Below are positions 26,701-39,240 of a stretch of 64,000 bases of DNA, one piece after another. Origin of the DNA: Trichoplax adhaerens (Eukaryota; Animalia; Placozoa); the NCBI RefSeq assembly GCF_000150275.1, contig NW_002060971.1, forward strand, positions 41,212 to 105,211. Direction: 5' to 3'. The notes beneath the pieces were generated by a model. The model ran no database searches. It was given only the letters and a program-made list of their open reading frames with translations, and had not been told where the DNA came from. Both the position numbers and the translations under genes were made by a program. Positions within the stretch are counted from its first letter, which is position 1, and every line of letters starts with the position of its first letter.

Positions 26701-29700
26701 GAGCCTCCATAGTTTTCATCAATTTAGTTTTAAGTTTCGACCATTCGAGCTCATTAGATTCCGGGGAATACGCTACCAAGACCTTGCAAACTGCCTTCCG
26801 TACTGTTCAAGAAAATATCCATGAATTAAAAGGTGATACAGAATAATTTTCTCTCCATCGATCTATGTAATATCAGCTATGGATATTCATTTTGAGTATC
26901 TTATATACGGTTCTGATGAGCAATTAATACTTCTTAGGGCATATTAACAAAATCTTTATGTTTGATAAAGTAAGTTGACACCATAAAATGGAAGGAATCA
27001 TAGTGACGAGAACGATCATAATTATTATAAGCAAATTATTTTGACATTGAAATCTATATTTCGCCTTGATGATATTTTCCTGCAATCCCTTACTAGGGAT
27101 GCACTTTTTTAGTTATTTTTGGTATGCCAGGATTTAAGTGCGAAGATGTTGCCAATCGCGCGGTTATTGCAGCCGCTCGTATTAAGGAAGGTATTGATCA
27201 ACTCGATATTAGGTAAGCGCCTATTCCCTTCTCTTCCTTAATGTTCAAAGGACTTTAGCATGATGGATTCATTCTGTAATTATTTCTTCTCTTAATCATA
27301 TATTTTATGATCAATGCCCTATAGTGATGAAATATCAATTGGTATAGCAACGGGTAAAGTCTTTTGTGGTGTTGTCGGGCACGAATCATTCCGCCATGAA
27401 TATACAGGTTGGAATGAATTACCTTAAAGCTAGCTGCAATCGAGATTAAAGATAATTATTACACACTGCGATTCATTTCATTTGATTTTGCTACTTAAAT
27501 CGGTGGCTAATGATTGTAATGAATAGCGTGAGTGGTTTTAGCTGGTTGTAACTTTGTTAAATTTTGACTGTAACATGATAGTTATTGGTAGGAAAGTCAA
27601 TATGGCCGCCAGGCTAATGACCAATTACCGTGGCAAAATTATTTGTGATAAAGATACCTATGCAAACTCCAAACTTAAAAGATCCAATTTCCTTAATTTG
27701 CATCAGATTGATTTGAAAGGGATTGGTTTAGTGTCTCCATATGAATATTCTCGAGATATAAAGTGAGTTATTATTTCTTTAGCTACCTTTTGCTGGTGAT
27801 GAGTATTCCAGAACGTTAGTAAACCCACATACATTGCCGATGGAGAAGTTTAACTCCACTTTTCATATACAGTATGGCATTATTAAAATTTGTCACTACA
27901 TTTGCGATACTTAAATCTTATATTTATGCGTAGTAATATGATGAGTAGAATAAAATTAATTTCTATTTGGGCCATAAACTTATTCTATACAAAGTGCAGT
28001 TATAATAAATCTATTGCTATTAAAGCAACTGTTAATTGAAAAGAATTGACTATTAAGAGCTAATTTTGATGCCTCTGTATAGGAAAGATATTATGAAAGC
28101 TTGGGTGCAAGATATTCGCCAATTTAAATATCCGATGATAGGTATATTAGGGAAAAAACTGATCTAAATAACATTGATCTTGTTATTACAGCTACAGGAA
28201 TAAAGACAGGTTACGAATTGAGGTTCAAAGTTGTGAAATGTCGTAACATAAACCAATAGTTACATACAGATATTGATATTTCCAACTCTTAATGTGCTAT
28301 AGGTCGTAGCAAGGAATTAAAAGATATAGAGGATAGACTTCAGCTGATGAAGAACGAGAATGATATGCAAAAAATCATCATTGAAGGAACGGATGGAATA
28401 GGCAAGAGTCGCTTACTTTACGCTGTTTCTAACATCGCTCAATCTATGGGTTACAGGTAGATAATTTATTTCAATAATTACGCTAGAAATATTAAATAGA
28501 AGTAAGATCTACACGATTATAGCTGGATAGAGTGGAAATTAAAACATTGCTTTTAGTGGATTAAGTAGCTAGAATAAGCTAAGATTATGTGTGATTTTTT
28601 ATAGGTCGATATTTCTAAGTTTTTAATCTCTAGTTGTGCATAATATCGGATACAAGTTAGATTTTCTATTGCATTCAAATTTTCAATAGTATAATAATTT
28701 TTCGAAAAATTCAGCTCATAGTTGTCGTTCATTACTATTATCTAAAACTGAGTATAGTTTTAGATAGGACTTTTAACAGCATTAACATTTTTGAAATAGT
28801 GTAATATCGGCTGCTGGTGCATCGGATCATACGGATTCTCCGCTCTACTTGGCTCGAATGCTATTATTAAAAATTTTACATTTAGACATTTCTAATGAAA
28901 AAAAATCATTCGATCTAAATCAACTGGAAGCATCTTTATCACGCTATCATTGGTACAGGGAAAATATTTGGTTTTGGAAAGAATTATTCAATTTACATGT
29001 AGGTTCAATAAACATTAATTTTAACAAATAGTCATTGGTTTATCCTATTGGCAATTCGATAGCCAAAGTCTGTCATTGTCAATTTAATCCTTAATGAAGG
29101 ATCACGACTCTAATCCACTCTCATCTATATTACTAATGAAATGAATAGCCTAAGGAAGACTATGAAAAACATGAAATAGATACAGCTTTACCAGAGCAGA
29201 ATAAGAAAACTTCTCACGGAGAGATACTAAGTCGTACTCTACAGAGTGTAAGTATCTTTTAGATTGCTTATAGATAACGGAATTATCATGGCTAAAATTT
29301 TCAGTTCATTCCAATTCTATCTATTTCAATTTGGAATTGATATAGAATGTTAATTTACTTGCAAATAGTTGATTGAATTTAGCCACAACACTTTGATTTT
29401 CATCATTGACGATATCCAAGTTATTGATCAAGAATCCATACAAATATTGAATTATCTCTTACGCACTACCTTAGTTAAATTGGTAATAACGCGTAGTCTA
29501 ATAGCCAATGAAATGCAACAAAATAAATTAGAAACTAAGAATGACAACAGTAGCAAAAGAGAAACATTCTATATCCGGCTTGAAGGGCTTACCAAAGAAG
29601 AGCTTGTTAATTTTGCTTGCCAAGCATTAGAAGTAACCAAAATAACTTCTTCATTACAACGTTTAATTACAAAATATCATCGAGGAGGTAAGACAAGATG

Positions 29701-32700
29701 AAATTTGTGCATCCATTTCAATATCTACTATCTACCTGCATCCTAGCAGTCATTTACTACCAATTAATAATCGTTTGGAGCAATTTGCGCCTTTAGGTGT
29801 TCCGCTATGGTGTGAAGATTTACTTCATTGCCTGCTTTACGATGGGTATATCCATATAGTGCGGGCTAAAGAATATGATAGGATCGATGTTCGTCGTCAT
29901 TCTAGTTCCTCTACCGCTGGAAGTAGACGTAATTCTACCTTACTACTACCTTCATTTTGGTTTCGACGAGCATCAACTCGAAGTGAAACAGATCAAGGTA
30001 GATTTAGCTTGAATAAATCATCTTCTTCACGATCAGGCTCATCTATGGACGCTAGCCAGGATACTACCTCTAAAAAGAGTAGTATAGATCAAGCATCGAC
30101 TAACCAACGCAGAATTGCGTTTGCTACTGCCAATCCTGACTATTTACTCCCCTCCACATTAGAAGCAAATAACATTTGTGCCATTCCTAATGGCATTTCA
30201 TTATCAGCTATTAGAATACCTGATCCGATAGCATGTAAGTTTCATCAGCTGCTTTTAAAATTGGCTTTATACTATCTTAATTTTACTTGTCAGTTTTTTT
30301 ATATGAGATTAGGTTAGATCTGATATAGCTTTACTTGCTAATAACATGCGATGATATAGGCGGATGGATTATCATCTTATTCTATACTTTGATATAGAAA
30401 TATTTGCAAATCAATTCGTTTTATTATAGCTGCTGCTTGAATAAAGCAGATCAGATCTAATATACTTTTACCTGCTAATGTTATGCGATTAGATAGAGGG
30501 ATGAATAAATCAGCATCTTATCCTATGCCGATATTGAATAAGTTTGCAAATCAATTCGTTTTACTATCGCTACTAGTTGAAAGAATTAGATCAGATCTAA
30601 TATACCTTTACCTGATACTGTTATTCGATTAGATAAGCAGATAGATTATGATTCTAGTCCATACTTTGATATGGAATAACTTTTGCAAATCAGTTAGTTT
30701 TACTATTACTGCTACTTGAACGAATCAGATCATATCTAATATACCTTTACCAGCTAGCGTTATAAGATCTTAGAGGCGGATGGACTATCATCCTATTTTG
30801 TAATTTTATACCTGCTGCTTGAATGAATACTGATAGCTGATTGCAACATGCTCAGTAATGATGATATAGAGGAAATTAGTACACCATAGCAAAGTTAACG
30901 CTTTATTTTATTTATATTTTCACAAAATCAAATTGCATACCGGCACTTTCTCATAATGAAATCAATTTATGTAGACATGTAGGTTTGAACAGGATAGATT
31001 TTAACACTAAATTTAAACTTTTTATTTTATATTTAGCCGCAATTCAAGTCAAAGTAGATAATTTATCACAATTAGATCAATTAATCATCAAACATGCTGC
31101 CGCAATTGGAGTTATCTTTACTCTAGATACTTTACATGAAATATTATTAGTCAATCAAAGTATAACTTTGGATATACTGCAGCAATGCATTAACCGACTG
31201 AAAAAGAATCAGCTAATAGAATGCGGTTCCTTAAGCTATGGCCAAGTACAGGATCCATCGAAGCAATTCATATTGCAAAATTCATGCCAATGTCTAGAGA
31301 GAGAAAAGAAAGGATGCTATCAATTGCGTTTTTGTACTGATGGCATACAGAGCACAATATATGAATTATTAACTACCGAACTTCGAAAAGATTTGCATAC
31401 ACGTATTGCAACTTATTTAGAATCAAGAGCATGTCAATGTCAGTCTTGTGGTGGAAGCCTATTTCAAACTTCTCATCGACCAGTATTTTATTTGTCCAAT
31501 CGATATTCCATCGCAAGCCAGCATAGTTTAACTATGTATATCCCCAAAGATAACGATAAAAGTCAGCCTACGAAATTTAATACACCCAATCAAGATCAAA
31601 TATTATATGGCCGAAAAAAAAGTAAAGCATTTCCTGATGCATTATTTAAGCGCCGCCATACATTACAAACTGAATCGGAATTCTCTTCAAGAAAAAAGAA
31701 TCATTCTAAACGTCGCTTTACGCTTCAGGAATTATCTAAACTTCAAGGTGATGAAGATAGCAATCGTTTAAGAACTGGTGTGAGTAAGCATCAGGAAACG
31801 AGTTCTACATCCAATCTGAATCATTTACAAATGAATAAAAGCAATGCTATACGATTGGAAGAAATCAATGAGATTCATTTCGATAAGCATCATCAACAGG
31901 ATGATGATCCTAAACCCTATCATGATATTCAAACTATGGATGAAAATCCTTCTACCCTTGAAGATTCTAACATGAACAAGGGCTCGATAAGATTAGCAAG
32001 AAAAAGTAATCGACGCCGTTCTAGTAATCGCTATCGTCGAATTTCATTGTCATTTTTACGTCAAAAACATGAACGAAGTCTGTCTTATAATACTAGAACT
32101 GGAGCTAAAAGCCAACCTTCATCGGCTACGAAATTAGCCTTGAATCAAGTTAGTAGCATCCACGAAAGATTGGATAATCCTTCTCTTGAAGGAATGAAAG
32201 GTAGCAATCCGATCGAAGTAGCTATAATACAAGTTAGCCAATCTGTCTTGAAATTTAGCGATAGTATTACCTCAGATGAAATGGAAGGATATAATTGGAA
32301 TCGCCGAAATCGAGTCAAGTCTAAATTAAAAAATAGTATGATTCGAAACAGTTGGCGTAAAAGCATCAAACTTATGTACCGAAAAGATCAATATAAATCG
32401 CCCAAATTGCCACAGCAGGCTTCATTCCAACTCGATGATTACGAAAGCTATCTTGATCAAAACAAACAGCCTGAATCTCTCTCAGTTAATAGAACGAGTT
32501 GTTACGATGACGTGAACTCAGCTAATCCAACATCCAAATGTAAATGCGATATCATATTAAAATCAATCTATGAAGAATTAATCCACCATTGGCGTTTAGC
32601 CGGGAATACTACCAAAGTTTTCCGCTATTTAATTGAAAGAGGCGCTGGAATGATTAATACCTCACCTATTAGAGCTTTAAATTATTTACAAGAATCTAAA

Positions 32701-35700
32701 AAGTTGCTAATTCAAAATTTATCCCTCAAGCAATACTACCAAAACGTCGATGATATCACAATTAGTCTACAGCTATCTATGCAACGTGGTGATAATAACG
32801 ATTTATTTAAAGATGATCGATTGGATGTCAGTAAAGATGAACTATTTCATTTAGAGCTACTGATAGGCCAGGTAATGTGGAAAATAAGTTCTATTTAAAT
32901 GCAAATCGTGGCAGTGTTTTATTTGTAGAGTTTTTCTGCTTAAATATGGTATGCGATGCGTAGACTCCTTAGATTAACAATGATTGTTATTTTAGGCTTA
33001 CTTAGCTAGCGATAATATCAATCGAGCAAAAGAACATTTCAGTCAACTACTGAAGGAATTGAGTTGTCCACAGCCACAAAATTTAACAAAATGTAAGTGG
33101 CAAATACTAGTTCAACAAATTGTCCAAAAACACCATCGCCAGCTACCGGAACAACACTCAGCGAATTCGAGGTAATAAATAACTCGTTAACAGATAAAAA
33201 TATCATGTAATAGATTCTATATTCTAATTGGTTGTATAATTCATTAATCGTTAATACCGATAGAAAGATATCCATTTACAAGTAAATCCATACTCTATAC
33301 ATCCTAGATACTATGCTAGCCTTGAAATAGATATTCGCCATTTTGTTTGTTCATCACTAATTATACTTATACATTCGATTGTTGAATTACTTATGGCCAT
33401 TATTAAATAATTTGTAATTTATATTATAATTTTCATCATAAATCGATGGGCAAGTTGATATAAATCTTTCTTTTATTTTATATGCATCTCATATATTATT
33501 ATATCATGAATAACTAATTAGTCATATTAGAAGTAGGCAACAATGCAATTGATATTTACCATTTTGTTGGGTGTAATAGCTTCACATTAATGATTTTCAT
33601 TTGTGCTTTCGACTGGTAACCTATCTATAGCTATTGTCATTATAAACTAATGGGCATGATCTTATGATGTTTCTCTCGAGCTATAGAACCGCGGAAGAAG
33701 AACTTAAAATTGCTCAAGCTAAATGCTTAGCTCATCTATATTACGTCCACCGCTTAAATAACGACAATACTCGTGCTTACGTGACTGCTCTGTTGCAAGT
33801 GAATAAAATAGAACAAGTTGACCAAGAAATTGATCAGGTCATATTTCTGAAAATACAATAAAAATAACCATTGATAATAATTGATATTTATACCATTTCT
33901 CGTGTATTGGCATAATGATTTAATATTTTTACCCTAGAGAATTATTGCTTATGCAGAGTTAATTGAAATATCTTTCGATCGAAAAATTTATGAACTATCT
34001 GATCGTTTACAAGTGAAAGCCATGCAAAGGTATAGCTACAAAATTTTATTAAAGAATCTATAACAGGTCTGGCTTAAAATGCTAGGTTATAAATAGTGAT
34101 TTTACCATTACTATAGTATCAAGGAATATGAAAATGAAATCAATGCTAAACTTCTAGAAGCTATGGTTCATTTGCAGAGTGTTCTGTTAGTCACCAAATT
34201 AGGTCGTGGATTATTGCAACAAGCAGTTGAACATGGTATGATAGATCTTTGCATCATAGTTTAATGCTATAGTGAATTAGAAATAGCACTAATTTAAACT
34301 AAAAATCATCATCATCCTTGTAATTCTTATTGAATTGCTAGGCCATCAAGCATTGAGGAAAGCTAACTTATTAGTAAGCATGGCTGATGACCAAGAAAAC
34401 ATAAAAGAAGAATCAAGTAATTTGTCAATTACCTCGACAATAAGGGCAAGATATAATACAGCCAGTAAATCCAATGCAGTGGCTTCCAAAATGTTAATTT
34501 TACCCATTATAGTTCAGGCACTTTTATTATCTGGCAGGTCTATACTGGAAAAATTGTGATGTTAAATAGTGTTCTTGTTCTTCATATGATATTGAATAAG
34601 ACTCTAAAATCTTTCTATTTTGTGAGAATAGTGAATCACTCTGCCATGAACAAATTTTAAATCTAAAGTTATTAGCGGGAGAAAAGTCAGATATTTTTGG
34701 TTTAACCTGGTATCATTGCTGTTTACTAGACTTAAACTTAGAAATAAGTAAGTAATCACTTCTGTTTGGATAGACATTTAAGATAGATATAGATTTTCAA
34801 TGAATAGATTTTTATCACTATTTGCAGATCAACATATTGACGCATACTATACTTTTGCCAACTATGTTGGTCAAGTATTTTGTGAGAAAATTCGTGACGA
34901 TGATACAATCTTATTTTACTACATCACTGCTAATCACGCATTATGGTAAGATTATTTCATTTTAACGACCTTACATCTTCTTTTTAGTTATACTATTACG
35001 GGATTCTTACTACAATTATTCCTATGATACTTAGGAATGCGAGACATAAATTATGGAAGATGGCAAACCAATATATAGAACTCGCTACAAGTTTGTATTT
35101 TAATCGTCTATTTTACAATATTATTTATTTTGCTCTTTCTCTCGAAGTCTTGTTAATTAATCTACTTTAAGTGATTTCATGGCCTTAATTAAGGAATATT
35201 TAATGTATATGATAGATATGGAATCAGAACACTTTACTATACTTCTACTGATTTTATTCTTTCCCTGATGTGCTATTAATTTACCTGCGCTAGTGATTTC
35301 ATGACCTCAATTAAGGAATATTCAATATACGTGATAGATATGAAACCAAAACACTTTACTATACTCCTGATATACTATTAATTTACCTACATTAATAACT
35401 TAATGACCCTAACTAAGGATTATATAATACATGGCAGATTTGGAACCAAAATACTTTTCTATACTGATGGCAGCAAGAGCCTATAGTAAAATTGTTGAAG
35501 CTAATTTATTGTGTTGGGCACAGCAGAAAGGCAATAATAAATATAAGCTTCGTAGCAAAAAGGTACTATAGATTGGATTTATCCTTTGACATTTTAACAG
35601 TGAATGAATAACTATTAAAATTCACTTAATCAACAGTCGATGAAAACATTGCATGCTATTTCGCGGAAATATCCTGTTATAAAGTCTCGTTGGAATCATT

Positions 35701-35900
35701 TACGAGCTTATGGAGCACTTATTGAAGGAAAAGAACGAAAAGCTAAAAAATATCTAGCAAAAGGCTTAATATCAGCTTCTATTCCTCAGGATCATCGATG
35801 GATCAAATGTAGCCAACAACACTGGTTTGGAATTAATGTAGATAATTGCGGGGGCCAATTATTTCACTTACCTAAACCGAACGGAGATGATTCTATTTAA
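23776..35900 (+). CDS. ADCY10: Soluble adenylyl cyclase (type 10-like), about 29 coding exons: C1 + C2 cyclase domains, STAND-type P-loop, helical C-terminus
   Basis: Spliced motifs: HVPDILV, IVDIK|GFTALCE (23934-24054, 24634-24735), GDILKFA|GDAILACW, DDMRRGQ, YLSEIVRASIVFINL, INKIFMFDK|GCTFLVIFG, SIGIATGKVFCGVVGHESFRHEYT|VIGRKVNMAARLM, P-loop EGTDGIGKSRLL (~28383-28418), IIDDIQ, GVPLWCE, HHWRLAGN. Start ATG 23776 has an in-frame upstream stop; stop at 35900. Confidence 0.92.
24270..24650 (+). repeat. ~45-57 bp tandem repeat, about 8 units; the last unit is the functional ADCY10 splice acceptor
   Basis: Variants of ttggataggatttact at ~24278, 24322, 24370, 24427, 24474, 24526, 24579 and 24626. 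Confidence 0.8.
30312..30830. repeat. Intronic tandem repeat, ~138 bp x4
   Basis: agatct(a/g)atata..tttac-like unit at ~30316, 30452, 30592 and 30730; tttgcaaatca and ctgct(g/a)cttgaa recur. Confidence 0.85.
35160..35470 (+). repeat. ~100-120 bp x3 tandem repeat overlapping an ADCY10 splice acceptor
   Basis: gatAGatatggaatcagaacactttactatact, gatAGatatgaaaccaaaacactttactatact and the true ggcAGatttggaaccaaaatacttttctatact (exon starts 35438). Confidence 0.8.
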
Positions 35901-38375
35901 TTTAAGTAAGGACTGTAAGGTTGAGAAGGAAAATTATTAGAAGATTTGCATCCAATTTTAAATAAATACTTATAATATTTTCTACTAAGGAAATTGAATG
36001 TTATCGAAATTTACAATATAAATGAATTTGATACTAGATATTAAGATTTCCACAAAACATACTGTACATTTACTATAAAATAAGGATACGATGCATTGCA
36101 TATATTAATTTAAATTTTAATTCTGGATATAGGTTACTGCGGCTGCCTTACCTATCGGTAGGGCTCAAGTTGTAATAGTTGGATTGCATTGAGGATTTTA
36201 TAATATCTTATTTGCGTAATTGCGATAGTATTAATCATGTTTGCTATTAATAAACTACGAGATTAATGCTTGAGGCAACTGGCTTATTAGATAATTTTAA
36301 TTCCACTTATTCATGTATGTAACAGCAAGCCTTCATTGAAGTAAACTGAATGAGCATTATAATAGCATTATAATGCATTATAAGGCAGCTCTAATACATT
36401 TTATTATTGAGTGGCCGCAATTCTAATACATAGATTTGCTATTACTGAAAAAATAACTTTCGACTATTCATAAGAAGCCAGGACATACTTGTACTAATAC
36501 CACACTGAATTTTTACCAAAAACTGTTATAAAAACCTGAAAAATTGGTGGCTCTCAGACTAAATACTGATGATTATAGTATTAGAGTGGAAAACACGGAT
36601 GCAAGCGTCCGTATATAAACTTATAAATTCGATTAGTTTCACGGGATCTGTCATCAACTATTATCATTATGCCTTATTCTGGAGGAAAGATACTTACGTA
36701 AATAAATTATTTATTTATAACGGATATAAGCCTGACTCTTTCATGATTTTTTTAGTTTCTGAAGTGCGATAAAGTATCTTCTTAAAGATTCTACAAGAAC
36801 TATAGTTTCTTGTATACTTCACTCTATTATATAAGATCATGAGCCTTTTAGAAGGGTAGTTCTTAGACGTTATAGTAGCAGTACTATATTCTTACTAGAC
36901 CTTTCGACAGATTAGGGTAGTAATCTGTAGAAGCAACTCAAAGTAAGCGCTCACGTTAGACTAGTAAACTCGTTGGGAAGTAGTCCGTGACAGCCTTCTA
37001 TTTTCATTTTTTAATACAGACAGTGGAAAGTTATTCTATTTTTATTAATTTTATTATCTACCTAGGACTTATTTACAATACAGAAATGTTGTTTTAATCC
37101 CTGAAGCAAAAAAAGATAAGTTGGAGTGTGATTTGGTATAGTTATTGCAACTTTATAAACTTTGTTGATATTCTACTTGATTTTGTAGTTATTGACGACG
37201 TTACTGCTAGAAAGCCAAAAATTGATCAAGAGACAAGACAGTTTATCGCAAAGTAAGTCGGTCCAAATCTTAAAAAGGAGCTAAATAGAAATGATATTGG
37301 AATGTTATTCGTTATAAAGTAAATTAAAAAATTTTTTGATTCCAACACGTATGTTTATTATTTCAATTTCAAGGTACAATTTCCTGACTACTGTTTATAA
37401 TCTAAAACAGCTAATAAGCCATATCATTAAATTTAGCACAGACCATGACATAGTGAATTCAATAAATGTTATCCTATACTAAAATGAAGCTAAAATAAGA
37501 ATTTAACAGCAATTATGTTAATTTAAGGACAAATTCTTGTCCAATTTTAGATGAGCTACATCGAAACATGAGATCGCGTTATTTAAATAAGAGCTAGTTT
37601 ATTAACGAAGAATTATTAATATATTTAAATATCTAGCTATAATCTAACGATAGCCAAAAGTAACGGGCTGAGAAGAATCACGGCTGCAAGACGCAGCGCT
37701 AACCCTATCTCTAAAGCTGTGACTGCTCAATTTAATAAACATGTGTATAATTCTAATCGAAGTTTCTAAATGAAATATTTTATATCGTACAAGAGGTCTA
37801 ATTCTAAGCACACTAAATAAGTATGAATTACGTTTTACTTGGGAAATAGGAACTAAATTGGTTTTAATATTAGAGTTGAGGGAAACAAGTATATTTAATA
37901 TGTGAAAGGCAACTTTAGGTGATTATTTAACGATTGTGCTTAAAATACGAGTATATGGGCATTGATCACTTAAATATTATCTGCTCAAAATTGTAAACAG
38001 TTTTGCGGCAGTATATGGAAGATATGATGAATTCATAGAAATGTTCCCTTCTATTTCGCTAAAATATTCAAGATGAAGACATAACATGTTTATAATAGGC
38101 GAACAACATCAAGATGTGAAAAGTTGAAATTTTCTATAGGGTATTGGGTTAGATTTGACGGAGAATTTGCCTACCCATTGAAACTAACGAAAGCACAACT
38201 TCAAGTTAATAAAATTTCATCGCCACCAATAGAATAGCTATATCTATGCAACCTAATCAATGAGATGGCTATGAAATATTCATCAGTTTAATCTATTGCT
38301 TTAATAGGTCATCCTTTCGATTGGAAATGCTTTATTCTTGATCTGGAGTAAAAATTTGATTTTATTTGAGATAGA

Positions 38376-38723
38376 TTATGAATCTCCTTGACATGCACAT
38401 TGGACGTGATAGGTAGCGCGGATGATCTTTTTAAATCCATTAGAGCCACATTTTAGTTGTAAAGGAACTGTAGTAGTGTTAATAGATTGACAACATCTGA
38501 CAACCGGGCGATAAAAAGGAGGATCTATAGACGGGAATGAAGCAGAACTGCAGTAGCCAGCACAAGACTGAACAACTACACTGCCTGAACAAGTATCATC
38601 ACCAATTTTTTCACGATGTCTAAAGATATGTGTAACTGGAAGACAAGTCTTACTAGCTCCATGGCAATGCTGATGAAAGCAAATGATTGCCACTAAACAC
38701 CATAAAGCCAATTTATATACCAT
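38376..38723 (-). CDS. Secreted cystine-knot protein, glycoprotein hormone alpha-2 (GPA2/thyrostimulin alpha)-like, 115 aa
   Basis: Signal peptide MVYKLALWCLVAIICFHQHCHG. TCSGSVVVQSCAGYCSSASFPS, CCQS..VPLQLKC and CAC match the GPA2 pattern (TCxGSxVxQxCxGxCxSxxFPS...CC...VxLQC...CxC). NTT sequon. Single coding exon, with a probable 5'UTR intron (acceptor ~38768, donor ~39785). Confidence 0.85.
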   Translation of the reverse strand: MVYKLALWCLVAIICFHQHCHGASKTCLPVTHIFRHREKIGDDTCSGSVVVQSCAGYCSSASFPSIDPPFYRPVVRCCQSINTTTVPLQLKCGSNGFKKIIRATYHVQCACQGDS

Positions 38724-38824
38724 TATTACCGAATTTAGGATTGCAAATTGTAGTGTTATGCGTAAATCTATACAAAAAGAGAAAAGCAATGAATTCAAAA
38801 TGTTATACATAAGAAGAATTAGGA

Positions 38825-39240
38825 TATAGTTAATAGCATATTTAAAATGGCGATACCAAGATTTCGTATTTTCATGATCATAAAATTATATTATAGTAAA
38901 TTAAACACTATACGTGCACATTGTTTCTCGATATCGTTAATAGCATATTTAAAATAATGATTCCAAATTTTCGCACTGGTATACTCTTGATCACAAAATT
39001 ATACAACCGCAAGTTAAGCACTATATGTTTTTTCGATATTGTTAATTGCATATTTAATACAGCGATATCAAGTGAAAGCTTGGTATACTCTTGATCACAA
39101 CATTATATTGCCGCAAGTTAAACACTATATATTTCTCGATATCGTTAATAGCATATTTAAATAGTAATAGTAACTTTTCGCAATTGGTATTCTCTTGATC
39201 ACAAAGTTATATTATCCGGGAGTTAAATACTGTATGTTTT
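38825..39240. repeat. ~103 bp x4 tandem repeat in the putative 5'UTR intron of the GPA2-like gene
   Basis: gttaatagcatatttaa-like unit at ~38829, 38936, 39041 and 39143; ctcttgatcaca recurs. Confidence 0.85.

Noticed and set aside
27760-27766. Intron read-through stop right after the C2 domain, mimicking truncated sAC
   Set aside because: Any phase-2 GTGA/GTAA donor yields an immediate stop, so this is expected by chance without transcript evidence.
38724-38810. Longer N-terminus for the GPA2-like ORF (144 aa)
   Set aside because: The upstream part spans a polypyrimidine tract and AG acceptor (~38768); the signal peptide begins at the ATG at 38723.
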